64,000 bases of DNA from an uncultured Planctomycetota bacterium. Lineage in GTDB: Bacteria; Planctomycetota; Planctomycetia; Isosphaerales; Isosphaeraceae. Location: assembly GCA_963823665.1 (NCBI GenBank), contig CAWGMQ010000006.1:1120001-1184000 (forward strand), in the 5' to 3' direction. The translations under genes and the position numbers were made by a program. The notes under the pieces are model-generated. The model saw only the letters and a list, made by a program, of their open reading frames with translations. It did no database searches and was not told the DNA's origin. Positions 29,609 through 39,494 of this stretch are shown piece after piece. Position 1 is the stretch's first letter. Each line of letters begins with the position of its first letter.

Positions 29609-30961
29609 TCAGCGCGTCTCCGCGCCGGCGAGCGGACGATCGGCCATAAACCGGGGCTCGAGCTCGGCTGGCTCACCAGTCGGCTTCGGCGCGGTGCCGG
29701 GCTCGTAGAGGATCACCAAGCCGTCAACGTCGCGATCCACACGTCCGAGCAATCTCGTGAATGAATTCCGGTCTAGCGAGCGGTTAAGTGCGGAGAGACG
29801 ATAACCCGAGGAGGCGTAGCTACGATCGGCGAACGAGACCCACACCTTTGCCGACGTCGTGGGCACGCCGCGGAGCTCGAAGCGCCCATCGGCATTGACA
29901 GGGCAGCCGATCGAGTCCCAGTTCCAGTCACCCACCCCCACAAACACAACGGCGCCGTCTGGTACCGGCCGGCCGTCGGCGAACTCGATTCGCCCGGCCA
30001 CCTTGTGGCCAGGCTCGACCGAAATGTCACCCGCCTCGACCTCCACGGCGTCGGGGGCGACTTTCACGTGCCGCGGCGGAATCGCTCCGAAATTCTGCAG
30101 AGTCGCCATCGTAAAGAAGAGATCGTACTCGCCGTCTCGCGGGATGTTGTCGAACCGGAAGCGGCCACGGTCGTCGGTGGTTGCCTGCCAGTGGCCGAGG
30201 AATTCCGTTTTAATGGCCACGTCCTCCCCCGGCCGGCCCCGGTAAATAAGTTCCGGGGGGATTGTGCTTGTAGAACGCGGCTTGATGACCACTCCCTCCA
30301 GCGGCCGGCCCCGGTAGAGCACCCGGCCGGACATGGTGCTGCCCTCGTTGAGTCGTACGGAAGTCACCTCATCATTGCGCAGGGGCATGATGCGCGTGGC
30401 CAGGCCGGGCGCCTCCACTCGTATCGCTTCCGGCGCACCCACCAGAGAATCTTTGGCGTTCGACTTCACGACGAAGCGGCCCATCGCGTCGGTTCGTATC
30501 GGTTTCGGCCGCTTCCCACGCAAGCAGAGCGGCGTGACGGTGGCCCTTGCTACGGGTGACCCATCCGCGTCAAGAACCTGACCCGCGAACGTTCGCGTGC
30601 CCGCGGCCTTGGACGCCAGATCCTTGGCGTCCGGCGAAACACCCGAAACGGCCGCCGGCCTGTCGGAGACAGGAACGTTCCGTTCGTCTCGTCCGCCCTC
30701 TGGACGGGCGTTGGCCCAAGAATCGAGCGCCGAGCGCAGCTCCGCGGAATAGCGCAGCTTCTCGGAATGGAGGAGCGTCCCGATCTCAGTCTCGACCAGT
30801 ATCGAGCCGAAGGTGACGGACTCCGATAACGTGTTGACGGCCGCGATGGATTCGAAGACGACTGGGATCGCCATCGCCCCGTCGGGCTTCGCCTCGTCCG
30901 CCCTGTTGGCGAGGCCGGGCGGGATGATGGCGACGAAGGCTAGCACTCCGATGATCCGCAT
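29609..30961 (-). CDS. Secreted protein with carboxypeptidase-regulatory-like beta-sandwich repeats
   Basis: GAAGGAG RBS, 'MRIIGVLAFVAII'; 'GQVLDADGSPVARATV', 'TTDDRGRFRFDNIP', 'GRIEFADGRPV'. Confidence 0.8.
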   Translation of the reverse strand: MRIIGVLAFVAIIPPGLANRADEAKPDGAMAIPVVFESIAAVNTLSESVTFGSILVETEIGTLLHSEKLRYSAELRSALDSWANARPEGGRDERNVPVSDRPAAVSGVSPDAKDLASKAAGTRTFAGQVLDADGSPVARATVTPLCLRGKRPKPIRTDAMGRFVVKSNAKDSLVGAPEAIRVEAPGLATRIMPLRNDEVTSVRLNEGSTMSGRVLYRGRPLEGVVIKPRSTSTIPPELIYRGRPGEDVAIKTEFLGHWQATTDDRGRFRFDNIPRDGEYDLFFTMATLQNFGAIPPRHVKVAPDAVEVEAGDISVEPGHKVAGRIEFADGRPVPDGAVVFVGVGDWNWDSIGCPVNADGRFELRGVPTTSAKVWVSFADRSYASSGYRLSALNRSLDRNSFTRLLGRVDRDVDGLVILYEPGTAPKPTGEPAELEPRFMADRPLAGAETR

Positions 30962-31002
30962 CGCAATCTCCTTCTGATGTGACCGCAGCGCCGGCCGGTG
31001 GG

Positions 31003-34000
31003 TCATTCTTGTTCGTTCTTGGTGAATCGCAACGGTAAGTCCCGTGTTTCTCCCTCGGTAAGCTTGACGCGAGCGGACGCCTTGGAATTTCCGGGCGCCG
31101 TCGCGGCGATTTCAATTTCTTCGGCTGGCAGGACGAGCAGCCGAAGTTTCCCGTCGGTCCCTGGCGAGTGAGGTGGCGAAGAGTCGAAGACGACTCCGGC
31201 CGCTCGCATCTCGGCCTCGCGGACGTATCGGGCAGTCACTTTGATCTGTTCCGGGTGCGGCTCGCTCACGATGAACGAGATTGTGGTCATGCGATAGGGG
31301 CGGATCTGAATATCGGGGCGATCGGCTTCCACCCGGCCAAGATGATAGGCGGGACCGAATAGCTCGGGCGACTTCGAGTCGAGCCGGAACCGCTTGACCA
31401 TGTCGAGGACGAGGCCGTCGAGCACCAAGGTTGCGTCAGTCAGCCCTTTGGGCACGCGAACCGTGTACGTACCGGGTCGCTCGGCCGCGGCCGGGAACGT
31501 GTATTGGCTCGCCCATTCCACGCCGTGGTAGCTCCCTTTCACGGCGATCGCCGGCTCGGTCTGGTAGGCTGCCGCCAATGCGGCCGGGGCGCCACGAGGG
31601 GGTCGCACTTGCGCCCGGTCGGCCTCTGGACGGGCCTCGGGCAGCGGGCCGACCAGTGTCGCGGTGAAGCGGACGGACTCCACCGGGCGCAACGTCAGCT
31701 CGCGTACGGTTTGTCCGTCGCGGATGACGACGGGCACCGGTACATAAACTCCCGGCGCATCCTTGACCACGCTCGACGAGTCCTTGCCGTCCTCGGTCCG
31801 GTGAATGCCACCGACCTTGACCAGGTAAGTGCCAGGCGCGAGCCCGTCGCTCGCGAACCGACCCTCGTCGTCGGTCGTATAGACCAAGTTCGGCTGCGTG
31901 CCCGCGTCGGGCGTCGACGGTATGGTCATGCTGATCCACGGCACCGGCTTGCCAAGGGTGTCGACGACGAGGCCGGAAACCTTCTCGCCTCGGTGCACGC
32001 GTACGTCGCCAAGATCGGTCTGATCGGGGCGGACGTCGTGATAGATCCGCGCCGCCTCGCGGGTACGGAATTCCAGCTTGAGCGCTGTGTGGACGGGCAC
32101 CTTGGCGCGGAATCGGCCGTCCAGGCCTGTGACCGGAAGTTCCGCGTCGCGCGGCCAGGCGGCGAGGTCGTACTGTTTGTAAATAGGGACCTTGGGCAGC
32201 GGCTTGCCATCGGCGCCGAGCAGCCGGCCGGTGAGCGTGCGCGCCGCCAGAAGCTTTACGGCACGGAACGCGGGAAAGGTGTCCGAGATACCGTTCTTGG
32301 CGATCTCTCTCGTGTCGGCGATGTCGAAGTAGGTCACGTAGCGCGGGTGACTGATCGTGACCCGGAGCTCCAGCATTCGCCCGGGAGATGGCTCGGCGAG
32401 GTACTTCTCGGGCACCACGACGGTGAATCGGCCGTCCTGATCGGTCTTGGTCTTGTGCGAGACGAACAAATCGGTGACCGGATCCACTTCACCGTTCTCG
32501 TCGTTTCGCCGTTCGACACCCAAGGTGACAACGGCGCCGGCTACCGGGAGGCTGGTATCCCTGTCGACGGCCCGGCAGGCGATCGCGCGAGACGGTTCCA
32601 CCGGCGATTGAAGTTCAGTTGGGAAATTCTCCGGACCAGTCAGGTCTTGCAAGAATCGCTCGGGAGGCCACGCCTCCCACGTCATTCCCGCCATTCGGCT
32701 CGCCGCCGCGTTCCTCTTGAGCTTCCGGATTCCGTTCGATGAGTGGATGACCAGCCGGCCGTTTTTGACGACGCAGCCCAGTCCGAGTTGGTCGAGAAGC
32801 AGCCGTAGGGTCGTCCTGAGCGGCACGCCATCGAGATCCATCCGGATCGTCGAGTTGAGCGTCCTATGTGCTTCCTCAAGCCCGCTCGGGAACACGAGGA
32901 CCTCCATCGCTCGACCCTGGCGGGGGTCCTTGGGGACCCGCTTGAGGTACTCCAGCACATCCCCCAGCGGGGTACTGTTGGAAAACGGCATCCTGACCGG
33001 CTTTTCGAGCCGGGCCAGGAGCGCCTTGGTTTCTTGCGACGCGTCGCAGATCTCGACGGCGAGCTCCTTCCGCTCCCGCTGGATGCTCTCGGGATCGCTG
33101 ATGACGAGCACGTCGTCCTTGACCATGTAGGCCAGGCCCAGGGAAGTGAGTACCGTCGCGAGTATGTCCTTCAGAGGGAGACCCTTCTCGTTGATCTTGA
33201 CCCGCGCCATAGTCTTCCAGCTCAAGTCGACCACCGCCTTCTCATCGATGCTGAGCTTGGAGTCCAGGACCCCGGCCTCGAGAAGCCCTAATGGATCGAC
33301 GTAGATCGGGATGCCCGGATCGTTCGGCCCGTTCTTCGTCGCGCGCTTGATGTGCTGCAAGACGTCGTCCAGCGGGACCTCGCTGGGAAACTCCATGGCC
33401 ACGGGCTCTTCCAGCCTGGCGAGGATGGCCTTCGTGCGCGGCGTCATCTCGGAGGCCGGTGGTGGTTTTGTCGCAAGCGGCAACGGGAGCTCGCCTCCAA
33501 CATACGTCTTCAGCTTCCGGATGCCGTTCGATGAGTGGATGACCAGGCGGCCGTCCTTGACGACGCAGGCCAGTCCGAGCTGGTCGAGAAGCAGCCGGAG
33601 GGTCGTCTTGAGCGGCACGCCTTCGAGATCCATCTGGATCGTTGAGTTGAGCGTTGTCTCCGCCTCCTCGAGCCCACTCGGCATGACGAGGATCTCCAAG
33701 GCCCGATTCTGCGGAAGATCCTCGGTGGCCTGCTTGAGGTACTCCAGGACGTCTCCCAGAGGAGTATCGTCCGGAAACGGCATCTTGACCGGCTTCTCGA
33801 GCTGAGCCACCAACGCCTTGGTTTGCTGCGACGCGTCGCAAGCCTGGACGGCGACCTCGTTCCGCTGCCGCTCGGTGCTCTCCGGAACGCTGATGAAGAG
33901 CATGTCGTCCTTGACGATGTAGGCCATGCCCAGCGGCGTGAGCACTCGCGCAAGGGCGTCTTTCAGCGGGAGCCCCTTCTCGTTGATCGTGACCGTGGAG

Positions 34001-36582
34001 TCGAAGACCCCGGCCTCAAGGACCCCCAATGGGTCGACGTAGATCGGGATGCCCGGGTCGTTCGGCCCCTTGTTCGTCACCCGCTCGATATGTTGCAAGA
34101 CGTCGTCCAGCGGCACCTCGTCGGGAAACTCCATGGCCACCGGCTCTTCCAGCCTGGCGAGGATCGCCTTCGTCCGCGGCGTGATCTCGGCCTTCGGCGG
34201 AGGCGTCGACGCGGATTCGAATTCAACCCGTTTCGTCTCGCCCGGGCCGACGGTCGCATGAGTGGACGCCAATGTCCGCGCCTCGAGCTCGTCTGGTTTT
34301 CCGGGAACGCGCTCATCCGGACTCATCAGGTCGACTTGATAGTCGCCCGGGGCCAGATCGTCGAGTACGATTTCCGTTTGACCGGGTTTCAGCTCCCGAT
34401 CAACTTCGTCGATTGAGTCCTCGGATCCGATGACCTGGATCTGGCCCGCGCCGGCGAATGTCTTTCGATCGATGGTCACGATGATTCGGGCAGCAGGGGA
34501 GATTTTGATCTCGATCGATTCATTCTCTTCCTGGCGCTCCAGATGATCTGACCGACCCGGCGCGATGCCTTTCCCCCACCAGGCGAGCTCGACCTCGTCT
34601 CTCCTGGGGACCAGCGTGAACTCGAAGCGTCCCTGCGCGTCGGTCGCAGCTTGCAGGAAGCGAGTCACCGTGGACACCTGGGCCAACTGACGGCTTCGGA
34701 TCATGGCCCAGTTGAAAGGGAAGCTCCTGCGCTCTTTCGGATCGCGGTCCCGGGCGGCGAACAGCCGAAGTTGCGCCGCCACGACCGGGTTTCCCCGTGC
34801 GTCGACCAGCCGCCCGCGATATGTCCGAAGCTCCGCCGGATCGACCGGATCCAGCCGGAATTCCTCGACCCGTCCATCATCCGGTCTCGCGATGACGACA
34901 CGCTCCGTGACTTGCCGCTCGTAGCCCTGAGCCGCAACCATGACCTGGAGCGGCATACCGACGACCAGTTCCCCGAGCTTGAAGCGGCCATCGTTCGATT
35001 GAAACATCTCGCCCGGGTCATTGAGTCTGGCGAAGAGCCCGTTCGATGGCTCGCCGGGCTGCCGCCTGGGCGAAAACGTGATCTGAACGCGAAACGCGCC
35101 GATCGGCTTGCCCGTGCGCACATCGACCACTCTGCCAGCGATGACGCCGGCGGGGGCCATCGTGACGGAGACGACCTGATCGGTGTCGAGCGGTAGGTGC
35201 CGTTCCTCGATCGCCGAATAACCTTTCTTGGAGAAGCCGAACGGTGATTGCGCGGGAAGTGAATCGAATTCGAAGAAGCCGCGATCGTCGGTCGTCGCCC
35301 TACCGCCGTCGCTAAATGGGTCGTCGCCGTGTGCGAAGTCGACGCGAACGCCGGCGAGCGGCCGGCCCTTTTCGTCGTCGACGCGACCCTTGATCCGGTG
35401 CCCGGGCTCGAGGGTGATCGTGACCTCGGCGGGCCGGTTGGGTGGCCCCGGCTCGACCTTGAGACGTCTCGGCGCGGAACCCTTCGCCCGAACGAGAACT
35501 TCCTTGCCGACGGTCTGCTCCAACAGATCGTCCAGCCGGAACCGGCCATCCGGCCCTGTCTTCGTCTGGCGAACCATGGCTGACGACATACCCATGTTAA
35601 TTAAATCGGCGCCGGCGATCGGTTGTCCTTGGTGATCGAGGACCACGCCCGCGATCGAGCCCCCGTTGGGACGGGGCTCGTTTGCCGTCTGATTCTGCCG
35701 CGGTCTGGCTGCTGCTGCGGCTGGGGATCCGTCGCTTTGTCCGGGAAGGGCGGCCCAGGCCATTGCCAGACCGGCACTCGCTACCAAAAAGGCCAGGAGC
35801 TTCATTTGCCGGGCGCGGCTCATGGCCGAGAGCACGGCCGCGGCCAGCCGGCCCGCGGCCGACGTCGCCGCGTGTCCCAACCTCTCGGCCAACGCGGCGC
35901 GGGCAGCCACTTCGAGCCATCCAGGCGGTATGGGATCGGTCCTGACCAGCGGTGCGGCCAGCGGGCCGAGCGCGCCCGCTGAACCCGACCGTTCCAGCCG
36001 CCGCTTCAGACGCTCATGGGCCCCGGCCAGCCGCCGCCGCACTGTTGCCTCGCCACAACCCAGCTCCCGCGCCGCCTCCATCTGCGTCATGCCCTCCAGG
36101 TCGCAGAGGACCACCGCCCGGCGGACGGCCACCGGCAGCCGGGCGATCTCCTCGTGCAGCTCCGAATTCCGGTCATCACCCGCTGCACCGTCTCGTCCCG
36201 CGATCGCATCCATCTGTACCCCCTGGCGCTCTCGCGAGCGCCGGCGAGCGCTGTCGACGTTGGCCCGAACGGCGACGCGGTAGGCCACACGGTGCAGCCA
36301 ACCCGCTAGCGAGCCCTGGACCCGGAGCGAGCCAACCCGGCGGGCCAGGATGAGGAACGTGGCCTGGAAGGCATCCTCAACGTCACCCGGGTCGCGGAGG
36401 ACACCCCGGCAGACGGCCAAGGTCATCGGGCCGTGGCGAGCCACCAGTGCCGCGAAGGCATCCTCGTCTCGCTCGGTCGCGAACCGATCGAGGAGCGCGG
36501 CATCGGAGACTCCCGCGGCGGACCCGCCTGAGTAGAGACGCTGGATCTGCCGTAGGACGTTACCAAGGTGCATGCTGGCCAA
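31003..36582 (-). CDS. ECF sigma-70 factor with very long C-terminal extension (membrane helix, carboxypeptidase-regulatory-like and STN-like domains)
   Basis: 'SDAALLDRF...AFAALVARHGP...EDAFQATFLILAR' (sigma2), sigma4, membrane helix, then extracytoplasmic repeats; GGAGGAG RBS before TTG. Confidence 0.92.
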   Translation of the reverse strand: MASMHLGNVLRQIQRLYSGGSAAGVSDAALLDRFATERDEDAFAALVARHGPMTLAVCRGVLRDPGDVEDAFQATFLILARRVGSLRVQGSLAGWLHRVAYRVAVRANVDSARRRSRERQGVQMDAIAGRDGAAGDDRNSELHEEIARLPVAVRRAVVLCDLEGMTQMEAARELGCGEATVRRRLAGAHERLKRRLERSGSAGALGPLAAPLVRTDPIPPGWLEVAARAALAERLGHAATSAAGRLAAAVLSAMSRARQMKLLAFLVASAGLAMAWAALPGQSDGSPAAAAARPRQNQTANEPRPNGGSIAGVVLDHQGQPIAGADLINMGMSSAMVRQTKTGPDGRFRLDDLLEQTVGKEVLVRAKGSAPRRLKVEPGPPNRPAEVTITLEPGHRIKGRVDDEKGRPLAGVRVDFAHGDDPFSDGGRATTDDRGFFEFDSLPAQSPFGFSKKGYSAIEERHLPLDTDQVVSVTMAPAGVIAGRVVDVRTGKPIGAFRVQITFSPRRQPGEPSNGLFARLNDPGEMFQSNDGRFKLGELVVGMPLQVMVAAQGYERQVTERVVIARPDDGRVEEFRLDPVDPAELRTYRGRLVDARGNPVVAAQLRLFAARDRDPKERRSFPFNWAMIRSRQLAQVSTVTRFLQAATDAQGRFEFTLVPRRDEVELAWWGKGIAPGRSDHLERQEENESIEIKISPAARIIVTIDRKTFAGAGQIQVIGSEDSIDEVDRELKPGQTEIVLDDLAPGDYQVDLMSPDERVPGKPDELEARTLASTHATVGPGETKRVEFESASTPPPKAEITPRTKAILARLEEPVAMEFPDEVPLDDVLQHIERVTNKGPNDPGIPIYVDPLGVLEAGVFDSTVTINEKGLPLKDALARVLTPLGMAYIVKDDMLFISVPESTERQRNEVAVQACDASQQTKALVAQLEKPVKMPFPDDTPLGDVLEYLKQATEDLPQNRALEILVMPSGLEEAETTLNSTIQMDLEGVPLKTTLRLLLDQLGLACVVKDGRLVIHSSNGIRKLKTYVGGELPLPLATKPPPASEMTPRTKAILARLEEPVAMEFPSEVPLDDVLQHIKRATKNGPNDPGIPIYVDPLGLLEAGVLDSKLSIDEKAVVDLSWKTMARVKINEKGLPLKDILATVLTSLGLAYMVKDDVLVISDPESIQRERKELAVEICDASQETKALLARLEKPVRMPFSNSTPLGDVLEYLKRVPKDPRQGRAMEVLVFPSGLEEAHRTLNSTIRMDLDGVPLRTTLRLLLDQLGLGCVVKNGRLVIHSSNGIRKLKRNAAASRMAGMTWEAWPPERFLQDLTGPENFPTELQSPVEPSRAIACRAVDRDTSLPVAGAVVTLGVERRNDENGEVDPVTDLFVSHKTKTDQDGRFTVVVPEKYLAEPSPGRMLELRVTISHPRYVTYFDIADTREIAKNGISDTFPAFRAVKLLAARTLTGRLLGADGKPLPKVPIYKQYDLAAWPRDAELPVTGLDGRFRAKVPVHTALKLEFRTREAARIYHDVRPDQTDLGDVRVHRGEKVSGLVVDTLGKPVPWISMTIPSTPDAGTQPNLVYTTDDEGRFASDGLAPGTYLVKVGGIHRTEDGKDSSSVVKDAPGVYVPVPVVIRDGQTVRELTLRPVESVRFTATLVGPLPEARPEADRAQVRPPRGAPAALAAAYQTEPAIAVKGSYHGVEWASQYTFPAAAERPGTYTVRVPKGLTDATLVLDGLVLDMVKRFRLDSKSPELFGPAYHLGRVEADRPDIQIRPYRMTTISFIVSEPHPEQIKVTARYVREAEMRAAGVVFDSSPPHSPGTDGKLRLLVLPAEEIEIAATAPGNSKASARVKLTEGETRDLPLRFTKNEQE
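32705..34190 (-). repeat. Four STN/secretin-N-like domains arranged as a duplicated pair
   Basis: 'TPRTKAILARLEEPVAMEFP.EVPLDDVLQHI...GIPIYVDPLG' twice and 'TKAL.A.LEKPV.MPF...TPLGDVLEYLK...GVPL.TTLRLLLDQLGL' twice; long near-identical DNA stretches. Confidence 0.88.
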
Positions 36583-36819
36583 GAAGCGACTCCTCCCCGA
36601 ATTCTCTCAACCGTCACCCATTACATTGGCGCCGTGGGACGAAATCCGATCAACATTCCGCACGCGATTGCGGAATCGTCCTCGACCGCCATGGCACGCC
36701 GGCTAATCCCCTGCGCATCAAGTGGATTCAGCGAGTGCATACGATAAGGGGTTTCCCACAACGTGAATCCGACGCACCGGGCCAGGTGCGCAGTCCGAAT
36801 CCGACGGCACCGATCTCGC

Positions 36820-37965
36820 TCAGCGCCAGTCGAGTGCGTTCAACTCAAGCGCAGGTGGAAGGCGAAGAATTCGCCGAGACCAACCGCCGGCCTCGGAAAA
36901 GATGAAAAGCCGGGGATTGTTCCGGTGATCCATGGACCAGCTTTTCCGACCATCCTCAGAGTAGGACCACGTCTTGACCACGGCCGCGAGTTGCGTGCCG
37001 TCGCGCGACCAGCAGACGCCATCGACGTAGTTATCGTCGCTCTCCTCGTAGACCCTGCGGCGGTCGCGACCGTCGAGGGTGATCACATCCAGATTCCGCG
37101 TCTTGCCCTCGCAACTTATGAATGCGATGCGACGGCTGTCCGGGGAGAAGCGGGGTTCCACGTTCAAACCAGATTCGGTCAGCCGGCGCCTGCCCGTCCC
37201 GTCCGGATGCATGAGATAGAGCTGGTAGCCCTCTTCGCCGAGGCGGCTTCCGACCGACACCAACCACGACCCGTCGGGCGACCAGTCATGGACTTCCTCG
37301 GACTCGGGGATCGGCAGCTTCATCGCATTCAAGCCGTCGGAGTCGACCCGCCAGGTCTCGAACGCCCATCCGCCGCGCTTGAGGTCACCTCGAAAGAACA
37401 CGAGCTGCTTCCCGTCTTGCGACCAGATCGGATAGCCGCCGATATCGAGCATCTTGCGGCCCTCGCCGCCGCGGAGGCCGCGGACCCAGAGGGAGGTGGG
37501 ACGGATGTAATCGATCTTGTCGTCTTCGCTCGTGATGGTCTCGCTGTAGCAGTATGCCATTTTCGTGCCGTCCGCGGAGACCCGAAAGGACGACTGGTTG
37601 ATCTCCTCATCGAAGGGGGCAAGGACCTTGGTCCGGGTGTTCCTCTCGGGGTCGACGGCGTAGAGGCCCGGTGGCATCTCGTTGGCGTCCGCCGCTTTCC
37701 ACTCGGCGTACACGTAGATCGTCCCGTGGGCGGAGCCCGGGGCGGTTTCGTGCGCCTCGTCTCTTGCCGTCGTGATTCGGAGGGTTGGTAGAGCGGTCAG
37801 GGCCGCGCCGGCCAGGCCCAACCGCAGGGCCTCTCGCCGCGACAGCGTCAGCGGGACGTCGCGGATCGAGGAGATCTGAGCCATCCTCAATTTCCAGAAA
37901 GTGCTGAGGCTGGCGCAGCCCCCAGCATTCAGTGCCGTCGTCCAGGGTCCGAACAGGCCGTTCAT
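36820..37965 (-). CDS. TolB/PD40-like beta-propeller protein with a BlaR1-tail-like N-terminus
   Basis: Repeats SADG, WSQDG, WSPDG, FSPDS, WSRDG; AGGAG RBS before the ATG; N-terminus aligns to the post-protease segment of the M56 at 5268. Confidence 0.85.
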   Translation of the reverse strand: MNGLFGPWTTALNAGGCASLSTFWKLRMAQISSIRDVPLTLSRREALRLGLAGAALTALPTLRITTARDEAHETAPGSAHGTIYVYAEWKAADANEMPPGLYAVDPERNTRTKVLAPFDEEINQSSFRVSADGTKMAYCYSETITSEDDKIDYIRPTSLWVRGLRGGEGRKMLDIGGYPIWSQDGKQLVFFRGDLKRGGWAFETWRVDSDGLNAMKLPIPESEEVHDWSPDGSWLVSVGSRLGEEGYQLYLMHPDGTGRRRLTESGLNVEPRFSPDSRRIAFISCEGKTRNLDVITLDGRDRRRVYEESDDNYVDGVCWSRDGTQLAAVVKTWSYSEDGRKSWSMDHRNNPRLFIFSEAGGWSRRILRLPPALELNALDWR

Positions 37966-37976
37966 CGGTGTAACTC

Positions 37977-39032
37977 CTACGTGCCGAGGGATGCCGGGGC
38001 ATCGGCCCCGAGGGGAGGGTATGGGAACTCGTCATCAGCGCGGTTTTGCGCGGCGTCGCGGCGGGCGAGGGCCGCGTCAAGGAACACCGGCGGGCGGGAT
38101 GTAAGCGTCGCCACCTCGACCAGCGTGTCAGCGTACGCAGAGGCGCCCAGCCCGCCGAACGCGAGTGCCACGGCGTCGCAAGCCAGCTCTCGCTCCAGCC
38201 GGGTCTGCCAGGCGACCCAGTGAGCAACCGGATGGAAGACGTAGAGTAGCTTCGCGATCTCCGGGATCCACCCCCAGACCAGATCGCCGCGCCGGATGTG
38301 GGCCAGCTCGTGCAGTAGAACCTGGCGCCAGCGTGGAACGTTGAGCGCGCCGAGCAAGTCGCGGGGCAAGACGAGGGTTGGACGGCGCAGGCCGCAAACG
38401 AAGGGCGAGCCGCTCATCTCGGCCACAATCACTCGGGGTGGCGTTTGCAGGCCGATCCGGACCGATACGTCGTTCACCAGGTGATGCCAACGCGCGTCAT
38501 CGAGCGGTGAGGATCGCCGGATCACCGCGCCAAGCGCCGACCGCTGTCGCGCCAGCACAATAAGCCTCCAGGCCACCAGGCCGAGCCAGGTGAGGAACCA
38601 CCACGACCGCCAGGAGATATCCCACGCCCCAGCGGCAACTCTCGGCGCTCTTCCGGTCGCCGTTGCGGCGGGCATGCCCGCTTCCGCGAAAGGCCGGAGG
38701 TGTGTCATCGGCACGACCAGCCCGGTTACAGCCGGTTTCTGCTCAAGACGAACGTTCCCCGACAAGTCCGCAGCGCGAATGGCCATCATCGGGATCGCGA
38801 CCATCCACAGCGGCATCACCAGCATCTTGAGCGCCACGACCTGCCAGATCCAGTATCTGAGCGTAGGCGACGACCGGGCCAGCCGCCTCGCCAGAATGGC
38901 GACGAAGATCGCCAGGAGGGTTGACTGCCAGACCACCGCCTGAGCCAGGCCCGCCCAGGACTCCGACATGCGATTGAGTACCTCGACAAGCGACGACACA
39001 AGCGCCTCCGGGGCCGGGTTCATTCGGACCAT
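37977..39032 (-). CDS. M56 (BlaR1-type) metallopeptidase, protease core only
   Basis: 'RYWIW', 'SPFVCGLRRPTLVLP', HELAHIRRGD, 'FHPVAHW', 'ERELACD', 'YADTLV', then a short polar tail and stop. Confidence 0.92.
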   Translation of the reverse strand: MVRMNPAPEALVSSLVEVLNRMSESWAGLAQAVVWQSTLLAIFVAILARRLARSSPTLRYWIWQVVALKMLVMPLWMVAIPMMAIRAADLSGNVRLEQKPAVTGLVVPMTHLRPFAEAGMPAATATGRAPRVAAGAWDISWRSWWFLTWLGLVAWRLIVLARQRSALGAVIRRSSPLDDARWHHLVNDVSVRIGLQTPPRVIVAEMSGSPFVCGLRRPTLVLPRDLLGALNVPRWRQVLLHELAHIRRGDLVWGWIPEIAKLLYVFHPVAHWVAWQTRLERELACDAVALAFGGLGASAYADTLVEVATLTSRPPVFLDAALARRDAAQNRADDEFPYPPLGADAPASLGT

Positions 39033-39078
39033 AAGACCGCGACTGCGGAACGGCCGCAGTCAGGTGAGATGGCGTCCT

Positions 39079-39473
39079 TCATTGAGGGGGGCTTTTGCCG
39101 ATCTTCCGCGCGATGCTGCGGAGGGTGTCGAGGTCTTTGGCGGAGAGCCGGCCGCCTTCGGATTCGGCAAGATAGGCAGCGAGGGCGCCGGGAGATCCCC
39201 CGAGGACACCCTCGATGAACCGGCGGATCAGGGCCGGCAGGACACTCCGCTCCTCTCGGGTCGCCCGGTAGCGCACTGGCCCGGTCCCCGGTTCGCGCAC
39301 GAGCAAGCCCTTCGCCTCGAGCCTCTGCATCGTCTTGAGAACCGTCGTGCGGATCACCTGCCGGTCGGCCTGGATCAGCTCCGTGATTCTACGCTCCGAA
39401 CATGGTTGCTCGCGCAGACCAGGCGCAATACCTGGATCTCCATCTCCCCCAGTGAAGGTAATGACGTGCCCAT
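39079..39473 (-). CDS. BlaI/MecI/CopY family repressor (one frameshift near 39415)
   Basis: 'MGTSLPSLGEMEIQVLRLV' joins 'REQPCSERRITE...RTTVLKTMQRLEAKGLL...FIEGVLGGSP'; one added G restores a Trp codon. Confidence 0.9.
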
Positions 39474-39494
39474 ACTCAAGCGTCTCTCGCATCT

